DNA from: Hydrolagus affinis
Taxonomy: Eukaryota
Direction of reading: 5' to 3'
DNA: 64,000 nucleotides
NCBI GenBank assembly: GCA_012026655.1
Contig: JAAILG010001123.1
Coordinates: 1-64,000, forward strand
The notes beneath the pieces are model-generated. The model did no database searches. It was given only the letters and a program-made list of their open reading frames with translations, and was not told the origin of the DNA. Shown in pieces: positions 25,052-37,600 of this stretch. A program made the translations under genes and the position numbers. Within the stretch, counting starts at the first letter, position 1, and each line of letters begins with the position of its first letter.

Positions 25052-28000
25052 TTAAAGGTCAGCTCTCTGTGTCCATTCCACATTGTCGGAATTCAGCAGT
25101 TTTTCCAGGTTCTGTTCCACCGCACGCAAGGCCTCACCTGTAACGTAGACATCCGTACACACAGTGAGACACCCTCCCAATAATAGCAGACCAGCTCCCG
25201 AAGACACATGGAGACTTGCTGGGAGGATAGACGAGCAGAAAACAGGGAAGGCTCCCAGCTGCATCTCTATCTGAAGCCCAGCATAGAGGAGCTTCCTACT
25301 GCAATGAGTGGAACAATAGTGTGAGCAGCACATTAACCTCACTCGTGTAATTCAGAACTTTATTGCCAGGGTTTGCTCACTATATATCTGCTACAGTAGT
25401 TTCTGTTATAACTTTTGGGACATGCAGCCCCTTTACAGAACAGCAAGTCTCCCACTAGTGGCAGTATCCAACACTCAAAGCGAATACTCACCTTCCTTCG
25501 GGATCCAGGCTTGCTTCCTGGACTCCAAGTTTCTCCTCTGACCTCCCACGTCGATGGACCGGCCTGTCTGCTCGGTCTGGCAGTCTCTGGAGGGAAAGAA
25601 TGACGGGAATGAGATGCTCTCGCTTTGCATGAGCTGCCCTTGTCTCACACACACACAGTGGGTTGGAGCCAGTGACCAGCTTAAAGAACAACCCATTAAC
25701 AAGAAACACTGCAATGGATCACAGCAATCACTCATGGATTTGTTCTCTTTACACACACACAGCAGGATTCCATACCTTCTGGAACACTGGGAGATGTTAC
25801 CAGGGCAGAGCCAGCACACAATCACTGTGTGTGCCAGTGGCCAGCCTTGCCTCCAGTAACAGGATCGACACAGGTAAACACATTGCCCGAGTCACCACTG
25901 GACACGGCAAGATGTACTGTGTGTCACCCAGTTAGCTTCTCTCTGCTGTACGTTAACACACAATGCACCCTATCTCCCCACCGGGCCCTTCGGACTCACT
26001 GGACATGCTCTAGGATGATGGCGCCGGGCTCGCAAAGCCCCTGCGTCTCTTTGACCCGCTGCTGGTGCTGCCGCCAGGCCATCTTATCCTCCATCAGAAA
26101 GCTTTCCACAATCGTGCGCAACTCCCGCTCCTGAGTCACCTGCCCCGACAACATCTCCACCTCCTCACATTTCTACAGAAGACAAGAAGCACAAGGCGCC
26201 TGCATGAAATAATACAGGATAATAATAATAATAATAATCCTCACGCTTAATTATGGCGCTCAGACTGGCAGAACATCACAAAGCCCTTCACAAATGATTG
26301 CCAAATGTATCGTCTACTTGTACTTGACAAATGTGGCAGCTAATTGATGTACAGCAACAATCGACAATGAGCTGTGGAATGAGGGCCTAATTTAATTGGA
26401 GCCTTGATGGCTGGATGAGAGCAGCAGCGTTTAGATAATCGCTCGCTCTGCTCGAGAATCCACCGGACCCGGGACAGGATTGAGCATCGTGTTTGTGACA
26501 CGTGCATTTACCTCCTGAGCCACCGGGAAGTTGTACCTTAGTGGCTGGCCGACACGTGCGCACCCACACACGCCCCACACACGCGCGCACGCAGAGAGGC
26601 TTATTACCTTATGCAGCTGAATGGCCATTTCCTGCATTTCAGTCTCGAGGCGATCAGCGTAGACCTGCTCCATTGTGTGGCTGAGAGTCGGAGCATTACT
26701 GTGCCACCGGGCAATCGCAGCGGCCATCTTCCGTTTGGGTCCAAACAACCTGGACAAGAACACACACAAATCCAGATGACCAACTATCCTTCCAACACTC
26801 CCCGCATTACATACGCTGTTGAGGATTTCCACCTATCGGTGCGTCTTGAGTGCCATCAGTGTTTGGGAGGAGGATTGAGGGGCTGATTTCACACAGCTCC
26901 CCATCTCCTCCAGAGGATTGAATTCAAGATCCTCGTCCTCACTTTCAAGGCCATTCACAGCCTTGCCCCCTCCTATCTTTCCAACCTGCTGTCCCACTAT
27001 GAACCTGCCTGTTCAGCAGGCTCCAGTCTGCTCCATGGTCCCCGCCCAACCATCGATGGTTGGGCTTCTAGCCTCTCTGACCCCACGCTCTGGAACTCCC
27101 ATCACACAATCACTTTGCCTCGCCTTTTCCCTTTCCTCCTTCAAGGCAGGTCTCAAGACCCTTCTCTACGTTCATGCCTTCTGCTGCCCTCCCAACTCTC
27201 TCCCTCCTCTCTTAATTCTTTCCCTTCCCTCTACACCTCCCCACTGCTTGGGTCCCGACCTGACTGTTCACTTGCGAGAATCCTGCCAGAGAGTACTCAC
27301 GTGATGCCAACTTCTCTCAGGTCAGCCTCAGTCAGAGTGAGAAAGACCCTCAGGTCCACATCCTGCTCCTCAAACACACTCAGGTACTTCTGACACCCGA
27401 TCTGCTCCAGAAACTCAGCCAGGTCCTGTAACATGAGGGGGAGAATTCAACAACAATGGGGAAAACAGGTTGGGGGGAGAGATTGTAGCAAGCAATTTAA
27501 TGTGTTATGTCAATCGGCCCATGTTAATGCTCAGACAATTCAGTCCAATGAGGTTTTAACAGTAACCTGCAAATTGAACAAAGCAGTGGGGCAATTGTCC
27601 AGGCAAACTGGGGAGATGCGATCTCATCGAAAGGAGAGCTCTTTACATTGCTCTCTGCAATGTCAGCCATGACTCTGAAATAGAACCTACAACCTTCTGA
27701 GATACCCTGGCGTCGGGACACACATGACCTGATTGTAGAGAGCAAGCCTGTGACCTGCCACAGTCTCCCATCCCCACCCACCCACCCGCCCGATTCCCTT
27801 GCGTTAGATCTCTGAGTGGCTTCATTGGACAGGTACCTGTGGTCCTTGAAGTACCGACTTCTCGCTCTGACTGTCAACCCGCTGACTGGGAATCACAGGA
27901 ACATCACTGTGACCAGACTGGGGGCTGCTGCTGTTGCTGCTGCCGTGCCCTCGTCTGGTTCGCAACACTCTCCTGGGTGGGGAATGGTTGGCCTGGTCCG

Positions 28001-31000
28001 AGTCCTTGGAAGAGATGAAAGAGGGTTTCCAGAGCGAGTGTTATTATCCAGAGTGAATGTCCAAACATTTGCTCAATCACCAATCACTGCAGCTCAAGTC
28101 AGATGAAGGCACTGTAGCCAAGCTCAGTCAGAGCACAGTTAACATCAGTCACCATCAGCTCTCCTAATGTTATGCGTTGAAAAATCATTAAAAAAAATTG
28201 TAGCTATAATAAAAATAACTGTTGCATTTCATAGAGCTATCTACTGTCAATCCCACCCCCCCCCACCGCTTCTTAACCTAATAATCCCTCCAAAAAAATT
28301 AAAAACCACAATAATAAAATTGGTCATTTCAATCCACGACTGTTTGTGGGACACTGCTGTGCGCAATTTCGCCCACAAACATACCGTCAATTCTCTTTAC
28401 AGTAATCCTATGAAGCGCTTTGAGACGTAGATAAGATGTGAAAAGTGCTATATCAAAATGCAACTATTATTATTATTATTATTATTAATATTTCTATCTT
28501 TATTCTTCAGGTGTTTATTTAATTCCTTTTTTAACCGGTGCAATTGTTTCTGCTTCAGATCCAAACTTTATGAACATTTTCTGTAAAAAAAAATATTTAT
28601 TTCAACACCTCCACCCCCCCACTCCCCCTTTCCCCCAACCACCCTTATGTCTCCTGTAAACACACTGGCGTCCCCAGTCCCTGGCTTCCCACCACAGCGC
28701 GGCAATTCCTCACCTCGTTGCTCTCCAGGGATCCCTCGCGGCTCACGCCCACCACTGGAGCCAGGCCCTCACTGCAGCTACTGCTGCTCCTGCGGATGGT
28801 CACGGCATCGTTGGTGAAGAAAGAATTCTCCTCTGTATCAAGACCACAAGTAGTCAGGCCAGCTTCAATAATGACAATGATAATAACAATCCTTGCATTT
28901 GATAAAAGCGCTTTTCACATCTTATCGACGTCTCAAAGCGCTTCACAGAATATACTGTAAAGTGAATCCACCGTATATTTATTGAAACACGGCAGCCAAT
29001 TGTGCACCACGGCGTCACCACAAACAGTCGTGGATTGAAATGACAAATTTTTATTATTGTGTTACTTTTTGGTGACGGATTATTATTAGGCGTGTGGAGT
29101 CCGGAAACTTGCCCAAGGTTTCGCCCTGATCTGCCTGGATTCGAACACAGGTCTCACGCTTGTAAGGCGAGTGCTCTCACCACTGAGCTACAGGAGCTCC
29201 AAACAACTCTCATCTAACCAATGTATTCTCCTCCTGAAGGGCCCTGGCCCGTGTTGGGGGAGTGGGGGGGGGGGGAATCACAGTCATGCCTGAGCTGTCC
29301 TCATACAATGTCCCAAATTGCATCTTCCAGCAAAGGGTTTCTGGATAGCAAGCCTGGGTTAGTTCCCCTCAGGATATCCCTTGATATCATGAGAGGGGTA
29401 GGTCAAGCATGGACAGCCTCCATCTTGCTGAAAACTCCACTCGCCTCTGCTGCTGTGGCTTTCTACATCCTGTTCATTTATGGGTGAAGTGACATCTCGG
29501 TACAGTATATGCTCGTCTTCATCCTCTGTCTCCTTGTTAAATGTCACATATCCCTGTGGAGGAACACACTCTGAGAGACAGAGAGAGAGAGAAAGAGAGA
29601 GAGATAGCGAATGAGAGAGATGTGATTCACTGGGGGATTCATAAATATCAAAACTTGCTGGTAACAGGCCGTGATTCTACGCTGACTCGTGAGATCCCCT
29701 CATCCTCCCTACAAATTAATCCCCCCTCCTGTCGTCCCCCCGCCATCCCCTCTGCTCACATTCCTCAGACTTACCAAATTGCTGCGACCAGCCTTCAGCT
29801 CTGATGCCTGTGATCTGGGCCAAGGCCTGAGGCCCATCGTGAATACTGGGACCTCTCGGTTTCCGTGCGTGTGGCGGGCGGGGTGTCATAGGGTGTCGGC
29901 TGTGGGGTGGGCAGGACTCGTCAGAGGAACTGAGGTCTTCATATAGACCTGAGGTCAACAAAGCAGGTGAAGCCCCCGTCAGTATTAACACATGCAATAC
30001 CAGACGCCCTCCTTCCACACACTGCCCAGAGAACACTGAACCTCAACCACACACACACACACACTCACCAGCTGTCAGAGGTGTGTGTGTGTGTGTGTGT
30101 AGAGACACTGGGTCCTCACCCCGCAGCAGCCTGTTCATACCTGGATCCCGGCGGAATGACTTGGTCTGTGGGGCGGTGTGCAAGTCGATGAGGGTGGCAA
30201 TCTTCACGTATCCGTACGTCAGTGCTAACAAACGAGCCGTGTCCCCGCTCCTCGCCTTCTTGTCCACCTGGACACCCTGTGCCAGAGACCAGAATAACAT
30301 TGCAAATTCCACTGTGCGGCTCTGAATTACAGATCGTGCAATTAACAGAATGCCCATAGCCAGAGTTGCGAGCCTCCTACTCACAGTCAGCATAACCCAC
30401 CCCACCACGCTCCCATCCAGCACTCCCCTCTTCTCACCTCCCCTCTCCCAGCCAGCACTACTCTCACTCCTGCCCAGCCAGTGCTCCCCTCCCACACAAA
30501 GCCCTAACTCACCCTCAAGACAAATCACTTTACATTTCCTATATTGAGACACCCGCTGACCCAGTCTTCTAAAAATATCAACAAACACGAACTCTTTGCT
30601 CAAGTAGTCCAATTGCCGGACGGGACCCAAAGCCGAGCTCTAAAAACCCGCAGAAACGTACATGATTCAGCAGGTACTGGGCGATTATTTCATGGCCTGA
30701 GGCTGCAGCTTCCATCAGAGGGGTGAATCCACACAGTGGTTCCCTGAAACCGAAGATGGCAGGTTAGACGGTCATCACGAGGATTTGCACGGGAGGCCCT
30801 TGTGGGTGGGATAAAGAAATCAGATCCGGGTTTGAATAAGGGAAGGGAGGGAAGGAGGGAGTCAGAAGATGACTTTGTGTATTAATTTTTTAAAAAACTT
30901 TCTGACCTCAGGTTTGCGTCTGCTCCGCTGTCCAGGAGGAATTTGACCATCTGTTGGTGGCCGGTGCTGGTACAGTGGAACAACGCTGTCCAGCCCCTGT

Positions 31001-32666
31001 TGTCCTTCATCTCCAGCTCGGCCCCTTTCTGCAGACCAAAAGGGAGAGACATGGTGTCAATCACATGCCGAGCTCAGTTCTTTGTATCCACTTGTCATCA
31101 GAATAAACAGCAGACCAGTCAGGTCCGGCAGGCAAAATTTAATCCAGCCGCAACATTCAGAATGACGTCTAACCCAGGTATATACTGCAGCTCCACTGCC
31201 CCCCAGCACCACCGGACTATACACATGTTCCTGATTTGACAGGGCCCAACCCCACCCCGGTCATTCACCAAACACAGCATCTGCTAACATACCAGGATTT
31301 ACATGGGACTATACAGCATGGAAACAGGCCATTCAATCCAACTCGTCATGCTAGCGTTTAAACTCCACATGAACTCCACATGAGTCTTACTCCACATGTG
31401 TAACTCCACCCACGCCTTAGTCTCCTACGTTCTTCTATCCCTTCTCTCTCATGGTGAATGCCGTAAGAAAGTCATGATGTTTTGGTCCAAAAGTTGCAGA
31501 TAGTTTGTTATTATTATATTAATATTATTAAAGTTGCTTAAAGCAATTTTATTACAGCCTCACTCATTTACATATCTCTCTCCCTTAAATGCATCTACAT
31601 TATCTGCTTTAACCAACGCTTTGAGCATCAAGCTCACATTCTCACTCCTGTTTGCATAATAATAATAATCCTTGCATTTGATATAGTACTTTTCATGTCT
31701 TCCAGACATCTCAAAGTGCTTCACAGAATATACCGTGAAGGGAATTGACTGTATATTGTGGGTGAAATATAAACATGAATATAAATATGTAAATGAAGAA
31801 GTTCCACCTCAATTCTCATTTAGATTTAGATCCCTGAATTGTTTATCATAAATGTTTCCTCTGATTACAGACTTGCCGATAATCCTGTTATAGATGGCCT
31901 TGCAACAATCTGTGTCCAATGTCACTCTTGATCCATTCGATCTGTCTACAAGGACCCAGCTGGTCTCTGGCAGCACATGTGGAGACGGGGAAACACTGAA
32001 ATCCACCACATGGATAACAACAACAACAAAATGACATGCCTTTTTCAGCACGTCCCAGAGTGCTGAAGAGTCAGGGGTCAGGACTCGAGTGGTGGGGGGG
32101 GGGGGGTTCAGGGTTGGATTCCAGGAAAGCAGGACCTAACAGGATGGCGCCAACTCACCTGTAGCAGGAAGTACGCAATACTCTCGTTGCCACAGCTCGC
32201 TGCCAACATCAGAGAGCTCTGCCCTTTATCCGTCACCTGGTTGACGTCCACACCTGCCTCTAGCAGCAGATCCACTATGGTGTCATGGCCTATGTAGGAA
32301 GCATACATCAGAGGGGTCCAGCCACCACGGTTCTTCCTGTTCAGATTCACGGTCCCTCTAATGTGGGAGAGAGTAAAGAGACAATCTTTTGCAGTCTGGC
32401 TGCAAGCATGAAGGGGCAATGCCCAGACCATCCCCTCCCCACACATCCATCCCCCACCCACCCATCTCTCTTTGTGTCGCCGCAAATGTCTCTTACCTTC
32501 TGACGCACCCCTTCACTACCTCGTACTGGCCCAGGGAGGACGCGGTGTGCAGATCCAGTGGCACCTCCAGTTCCTCGCTGCTGATGAGCTGTTCAAAGCC
32601 GTGCCACATGGACAAGCTGCGATTGAACAGCTCCGTCTCACTCGCCTCATCGCTCAGCTCAGACAT
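25052..32666 (-). CDS. ANKS3: Ankyrin repeat and SAM domain-containing protein 3 (14 coding exons, ~638 aa)
   Basis: Minus-strand exons: 32666-32497 (MSELSDEASETELFNRSLSMWHG...), 32357-32159 (GWTPLMYASYIGHD ankyrin), 31028-30907, 30743-30662, 30276-30141, 29948-29775, 29570-29445 (GC donor), 28832-28714, 28004-27837, 27425-27301 (SAM: DLAEFLEQIGCQKYLSVFEEQDVDLRVFLTLTEADL), 26749-26608 (LFGPKRKM), 26172-26000, 25586-25492, 25137-25052 (TAA). Total 1917 nt, in frame. The N-terminus closely resembles human ANKS3 as recalled. Confidence 0.96.
26890..27272 (+). mobile_element. L2-type LINE ORF2 3' fragment
   Basis: Encodes RIEFKILVLTFKAIHSLAPSYLSNLL and FKAGLKTLL, characteristic of L2 ORF2. Confidence 0.85.
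28275..28490 (+). mobile_element. SINE 3' portion
   Basis: Family core and (TTA)n tail. Confidence 0.8.
28867..29200 (-). mobile_element. Full-length tRNA-derived SINE
   Basis: Reverse complement with A and B boxes (ggattcgaac; ccactgagctacaggagctcc). Confidence 0.9.
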
Positions 32667-33216
32667 TCTTCACCAGCAGAGCTCCTGCAAAATCACAACA
32701 TTAGCCTCTCAGTAAAAATACCATAACCTAGTCCACGTGAACATTCCTGAACCAAGTACAACAATTCAGAAGACTCTGAAGCATCCTCCTGACCTGAGAT
32801 GAGGTTTAAAATGGAAATTGTTCATGTTCAGGCTACCAAACATTATTACCGAGTCTTGGGACATCCTCCCGACGTGAAAGGCGCTCTATAAATGTAATTT
32901 TGTTGTTGTTTGTTGTTGGGATCCTATGGTAGGTCTGCATCAGGATGCATCACATCCAACTCTTACATAAGAGATAAAGATCCCGCTACACTATAACATC
33001 TTAGCACTTCAGGTCCTGAGGAAAGCTCCACCCTCCACACTGCCCCCAATCAACACTCCACATGTAGCAGGTACAGAACGAGTGACAGACAAGAGTAAAG
33101 GTCCCACAACAACAACAACAACGACACAACATCTCGCCTTTATATCGCGCCCTCCACTTGTCTAAATCACAATTAATCGCTTCTTCCAGCCAGACCCCCG
33201 GATGCAAGTCACTTAC

Positions 33217-33380
33217 CCCGGCAACCCCACAGCTCTGAGCAAAGCCAACCCTGGGATGTTTGTGGTGGGGGAGGGAGGGGAGGGGAGGGAGGGGGGGGCT
33301 GGGGGGGGAATCAATAAACTGCCCACAGAACAAACCCCACTGTCCTCAACAGGTCCCGCTGGCTACTGAATACCGGAAGT
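33217..33380 (-). other. ANKS3: Probable non-coding first exon of ANKS3
   Basis: Consensus GTAAGT donor at 33216-33211 on the minus strand, just downstream of the promoter motif cluster; the first coding exon has an acceptor at 32685, so an upstream exon is required. The TSS position is approximate. Confidence 0.5.
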
Positions 33381-33915
33381 CGCGGTTGTGGGTAATGTAG
33401 TTGGGAGTAAGTAGCAATGCGCACTACAATTCCCACAATGCAGCGCTCCCGCCGTTGTGAGTGACGTGGCATGTACCCAATGAGGAGGCGGCAGGCAGAG
33501 CCGCTGTGGACAGATGGCCCGGGTTTGATGTTCATCTGACCATTTACTTTAATATTTATAGTGTATATATATATATATATATATGCAGCTCAACACGGTG
33601 ACTTTTATTTTCCATTACTTCCAATAACGTTCACCCAGAAAGCTGAACGTCTGCGCGTTAAACGTTCATTCAAAATTTCAAGACAACAATTCAGATGACC
33701 TTTGACCCGAGGCGGGCGGTTTGAGCGGCGGTTAGTTCCCAGGCTGCGGGAGACGGGAGACCGGGGAACGGGGAGAAGGTGATAGGATCGCATGGACCCG
33801 CAGACCGGCAGGTGGAGGGAGGCACTGCAGGGGCGGCCGGGAGGCCCAAGGCTGTCAGGTCCTCGGAAAGTAGCAACAGGAAATCAGCCCGTGTCTGGTT
33901 GCCATGGCGACAGCC
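33370..33915. promoter_or_regulatory. Bidirectional CpG-rich promoter of ANKS3/DNAAF8
   Basis: ETS CCGGAAGT 33373-33380; two divergent ZNF143/THAP11 motifs (ACTACATTACCCACAACC on minus 33384-33401; ACTACAATTCCCACAATGC 33423-33441); TGACGT 33462; CCAAT 33477; RFX X-box GTTGCCATGGCGAC 33898-33911. Confidence 0.8.
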
Positions 33916-33959
33916 TGAAGCTTTTGACGGAGCTGAAGGTTTGAGAGAGAGCGCTGGGA

Positions 33960-34180
33960 GCCTGGGGTCGGGGTGTCTGGGGTCGGGGGGTCGGGGTGTC
34001 TGGGGTCGGGGAGCCGGGGGGCGGGGAGCCTGGGGTCGGGGTGTCTGGGGGCGGGGTGTCTGGGGTCGGGGGGTCGGGGTGTCTGGGGGCGGGGAGCCTG
34101 GGGGCGGGGTGTCTGGGGTAGTGGCGTCTGAGGCGTTTGGGGCCGGGGGGGGATCTGGGATCCGAGCCCCGGGGTCTGGG
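33960..34180 (+). repeat. G-rich ~15-bp minisatellite (CTGGGGTCGGGGTGT variants)
   Basis: About a dozen degenerate units rich in GGGG runs; source of the spurious Pro-rich and Gly-rich ORFs at 33691-34215. Confidence 0.85.
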
Positions 34181-34620
34181 ATTTCAGTTGAGATACCCAT
34201 TTGATCCAGTACCATTTAGGTCAAAAATGTCTCAGAACATCACAGGATTTTACTGTAAAGTGTTGTGAACTGTTTTTCAGACGTTTTGATGATGTGACAA
34301 GGTGCTATTATCACATACGATTATTACATGATCACTCATGGTTTACCCAACTCAGTAATAGACCCATTGTTTTATTTATTTGTTTTGTGTTGTGTCAGGC
34401 TTTGTACTGAAAAGGATAGCAGTAATACAGTTCTATGCTAAAAAAAAACTTGAAATTGTGTGATGTACAGTACTATACATTTAAGTTTTTATTTGTTATA
34501 TCTACGACCAAAACTGTAAATGATGCTCCATCTTTAACCGTTTGTTTTCAAGACTGCTTTCTCGACTAGTGTACTTCTTGTGTGAATGAATGACAAAAGG
34601 AAGCAGCGCCCTGATTAAAG

Positions 34621-37600
34621 ATGACCTCAACCAAAGAGGACCATCGAAATGCCACACAAGTAAATGGCAACAGTTCTGAGTTTCCAACGACAATGATCGA
34701 ATCCCTAAATCCTGTGCAACAGAATCTCAAATCACATTGGGATGCAATATATGCAGCGGTTAAGGATGAGATACCCTCCCTAGATTCAGACTCTTCACTG
34801 GTAAGTCAGGGATTGAATACTAATATGTACTGTACCTTATAGAGCTCTTGCACTTCAGAGATGGATTAAGATAGATTGAAATACCATTTCCACTTGTTCG
34901 TTCACAACACCTTTATGCTGAACAGCATTTTTTTGTCGACCCTTTATTACTTCTCTTAAGTGTGATCATGTTATGCAAGCGCATTCTAATGATGAATGTA
35001 AAAGTGGGAACAAAAGTGGTGCTAGTGTTATCAATGGTCATTTTAAAACAAACATTTGAGTGTAATCTGTTTGTTTCCTTTGTGCAGTCTGATGTAGAAG
35101 ATGGTGAAATAGCTATTTTCCAGCGACCTAAGTCAAAGCAAATTTCCTCTTTACCGGACGATCTGATGGATTTATCCTTGGATGATCCAGTTCTTGAGGT
35201 AAAATTCAACTAGCTTAACATACATGGGTATAATCTTATATTGGAATTAACATCCCTCGTGATAGCTTGTGGGCCTTGATTGTTTAATATTGATTAGTAT
35301 TGTTTTATGGTTTAGAATTATTATCAAGTGTTGAGAAATTTGTTGATAAATGCCCCAATCTTTAAAACTTGTTGATTAATGGCTTTATGATGTCTACAGG
35401 AAATGCTGGAATCCGTAAGGTACTCACGAATGGCCCTGGAAGAATGCTGCACCACCGGACAGCCTGATATTTGGGAGAGCATCGGAATTGAGAGTTCCAG
35501 GAACAATAACACCAGTGCTGAGGTCGATAGTCGTCCTGAATCACCGGAACAACTAACAGATTTTAGCACAGATCAGAACAAAAATCTCTTTGAGATAAGA
35601 AGAGAAGGTGAGCAACAAGGAGAAGAGTCTTGTGTCCAACAAGGAAATAAAGCTGGGAGTGACCCATGTTTATCAGAAGCACAATTAGTTACTGGGAATC
35701 GAGAAGAAAGCCAAAGATTCAATGCCAATGGAGATGGAAATGTAGTTTTCTGCCAAACTCTATCCTCAGCATGGCTATCCAGAATTGAATCTCCACCTTT
35801 AACAATTTCAACAGCCTCCATGCAAACTAATACAGCAAGCACTTCTGATACCATCCAGCAAAAGGCAACAACGACTGAAAACAATTCAGCTGCCATGTGC
35901 CTACATGCAAAACTCTCCAATCATAAATCAGCTCCACACAAAGTTGCACTACAAAACTTTAATGCAGTGAACAAGGAACATATATGCACTTCAGATGAGA
36001 AAATGAATGTCAAGATAGATATTTTTAATAAAAAAGCATCTAAGAAGCATCTAATAAGAGGAACAAGTAAAGGAAAGCAGAGTAAAAGACCTCCCATACT
36101 TTCTTTAGAAGTGAGTATTAATCATTTTTCTATTCTGTTAGCATCAAAAGTATTGATTGTTTAAGAGCGCTGATTTAAAAAAAGGTATCTTCAGCTCTCA
36201 CTAAAACTGCACATTTGATCAGTGCAGAATTAAACCTGTGAGGGTTACATACAACTTTTATAATAATAATAATAATCCTTGCATTTGATATAGCGCTTTT
36301 CACATCTTATCGACGTCCCAAAGCACTTCACAGAATATACTGTAAAGTGAATTGACTGTATATTTGTGAGCGAAATGAGGCAGCCAATTGCGCACAGCAG
36401 TGTCCCACAAACAGTCGTAGATTGAAATCACAATTTTTTTTTATTATTGTGGTTTTTTTGGATGGATTATTATTAGGCGTGTGGAGTAAGGAAACTTGCC
36501 CAAGGTTTTGCCTTGACCAGCCTGGATTCGAATACAGTTCTCCCCAGCTTGGTCTCCCCAGCTTGCAAGACAAGTTCTCTAACCACTAAGCTACAGGAGC
36601 TCCACGAGTAGTGCTTTTGAGTAGATGAACAGTAACTTCTTGTCTCTGAAGTGTGGAGCGTTATGGATAGAGGATATTGTCCTTCTCTCTGGACATTGAT
36701 ATCTTCTCCCCAAATTATAATTTTGTTTGTTTTCAAAGTATTGTAGTTATAAGTGGAGGTATATGTCGAGTTTGTTTCAGATACAGAGTGCTGGGTCAAA
36801 TCCAACAAGTTGATAATCTATTGCTATGGACTTTGTTTTACAGTCTATAAGCCAAGTGGACCTGGATAGGATCCTCCAGAGCTTGGAGCAGATGGAAGAC
36901 AACAACGTTAGTGTTTTAGAGGACACTCCTAATAGAAATCCATCCATCTCTGGTAACATTTCTCAAACAGATGGTTATTTAGGATTTAATTATTTTAGTT
37001 CTCTCTCAATTTATCCTTCAATGTAGGCTGCTGACTTCTGTAGTCTTTCAACCAGGCAGTTGAGCTGGTCTGAGTCTGATCTCACTGCAGTTGTCCAATC
37101 AAGAGTGGCAGTCAACACGCTGAAACCATGCCAGCCAGCACATTGGTTTATCTGGAACCTTCACTACAATGTAGCCACCAGAGCTATTCCTTTGATGGCT
37201 TCCTTATTAATATTAGACAACCCATTAGTATGCTATTGAACATGCTCACATCACCTTACCTGTACCTCCCTGAGAAAATGTCTAGCATTATTTGTTTTTA
37301 GTGTAGATAACATAAAGGCTGGCAAACACTGTTTACTAGTGATTTTCCAGTCCCCCACATTGTTATGTAAATTCAAACTCGTAGCTCATACTCCCTGGAA
37401 ACACTTATGGTGAGGTAGTGGTTAGCCCTTTTTTCCCAATTTTAGAAATGTAGGGTTGCTAATTTCCTTGTAGTGCTACAGTACACAGGAGGAACTTGCT
37501 ATCAAAGCTGACTGCAAAATCTCCATTTTAAAACTAATTAATAGTAGTAATTGTTGCAATTGAGTCCATAAATAGCTTTTTAAAGGGAATTGGCTAAATA

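Noticed and set aside
25140-25490. Additional ANKS3 coding exon in the last coding intron
   Set aside because: No open phase 1-1 exon with good splice sites was found; the flanking exons join in frame without it.
33691-34215. Pro-rich 174-aa and Gly-rich 141-aa ORFs
   Set aside because: Produced by the G-rich minisatellite in the promoter region.
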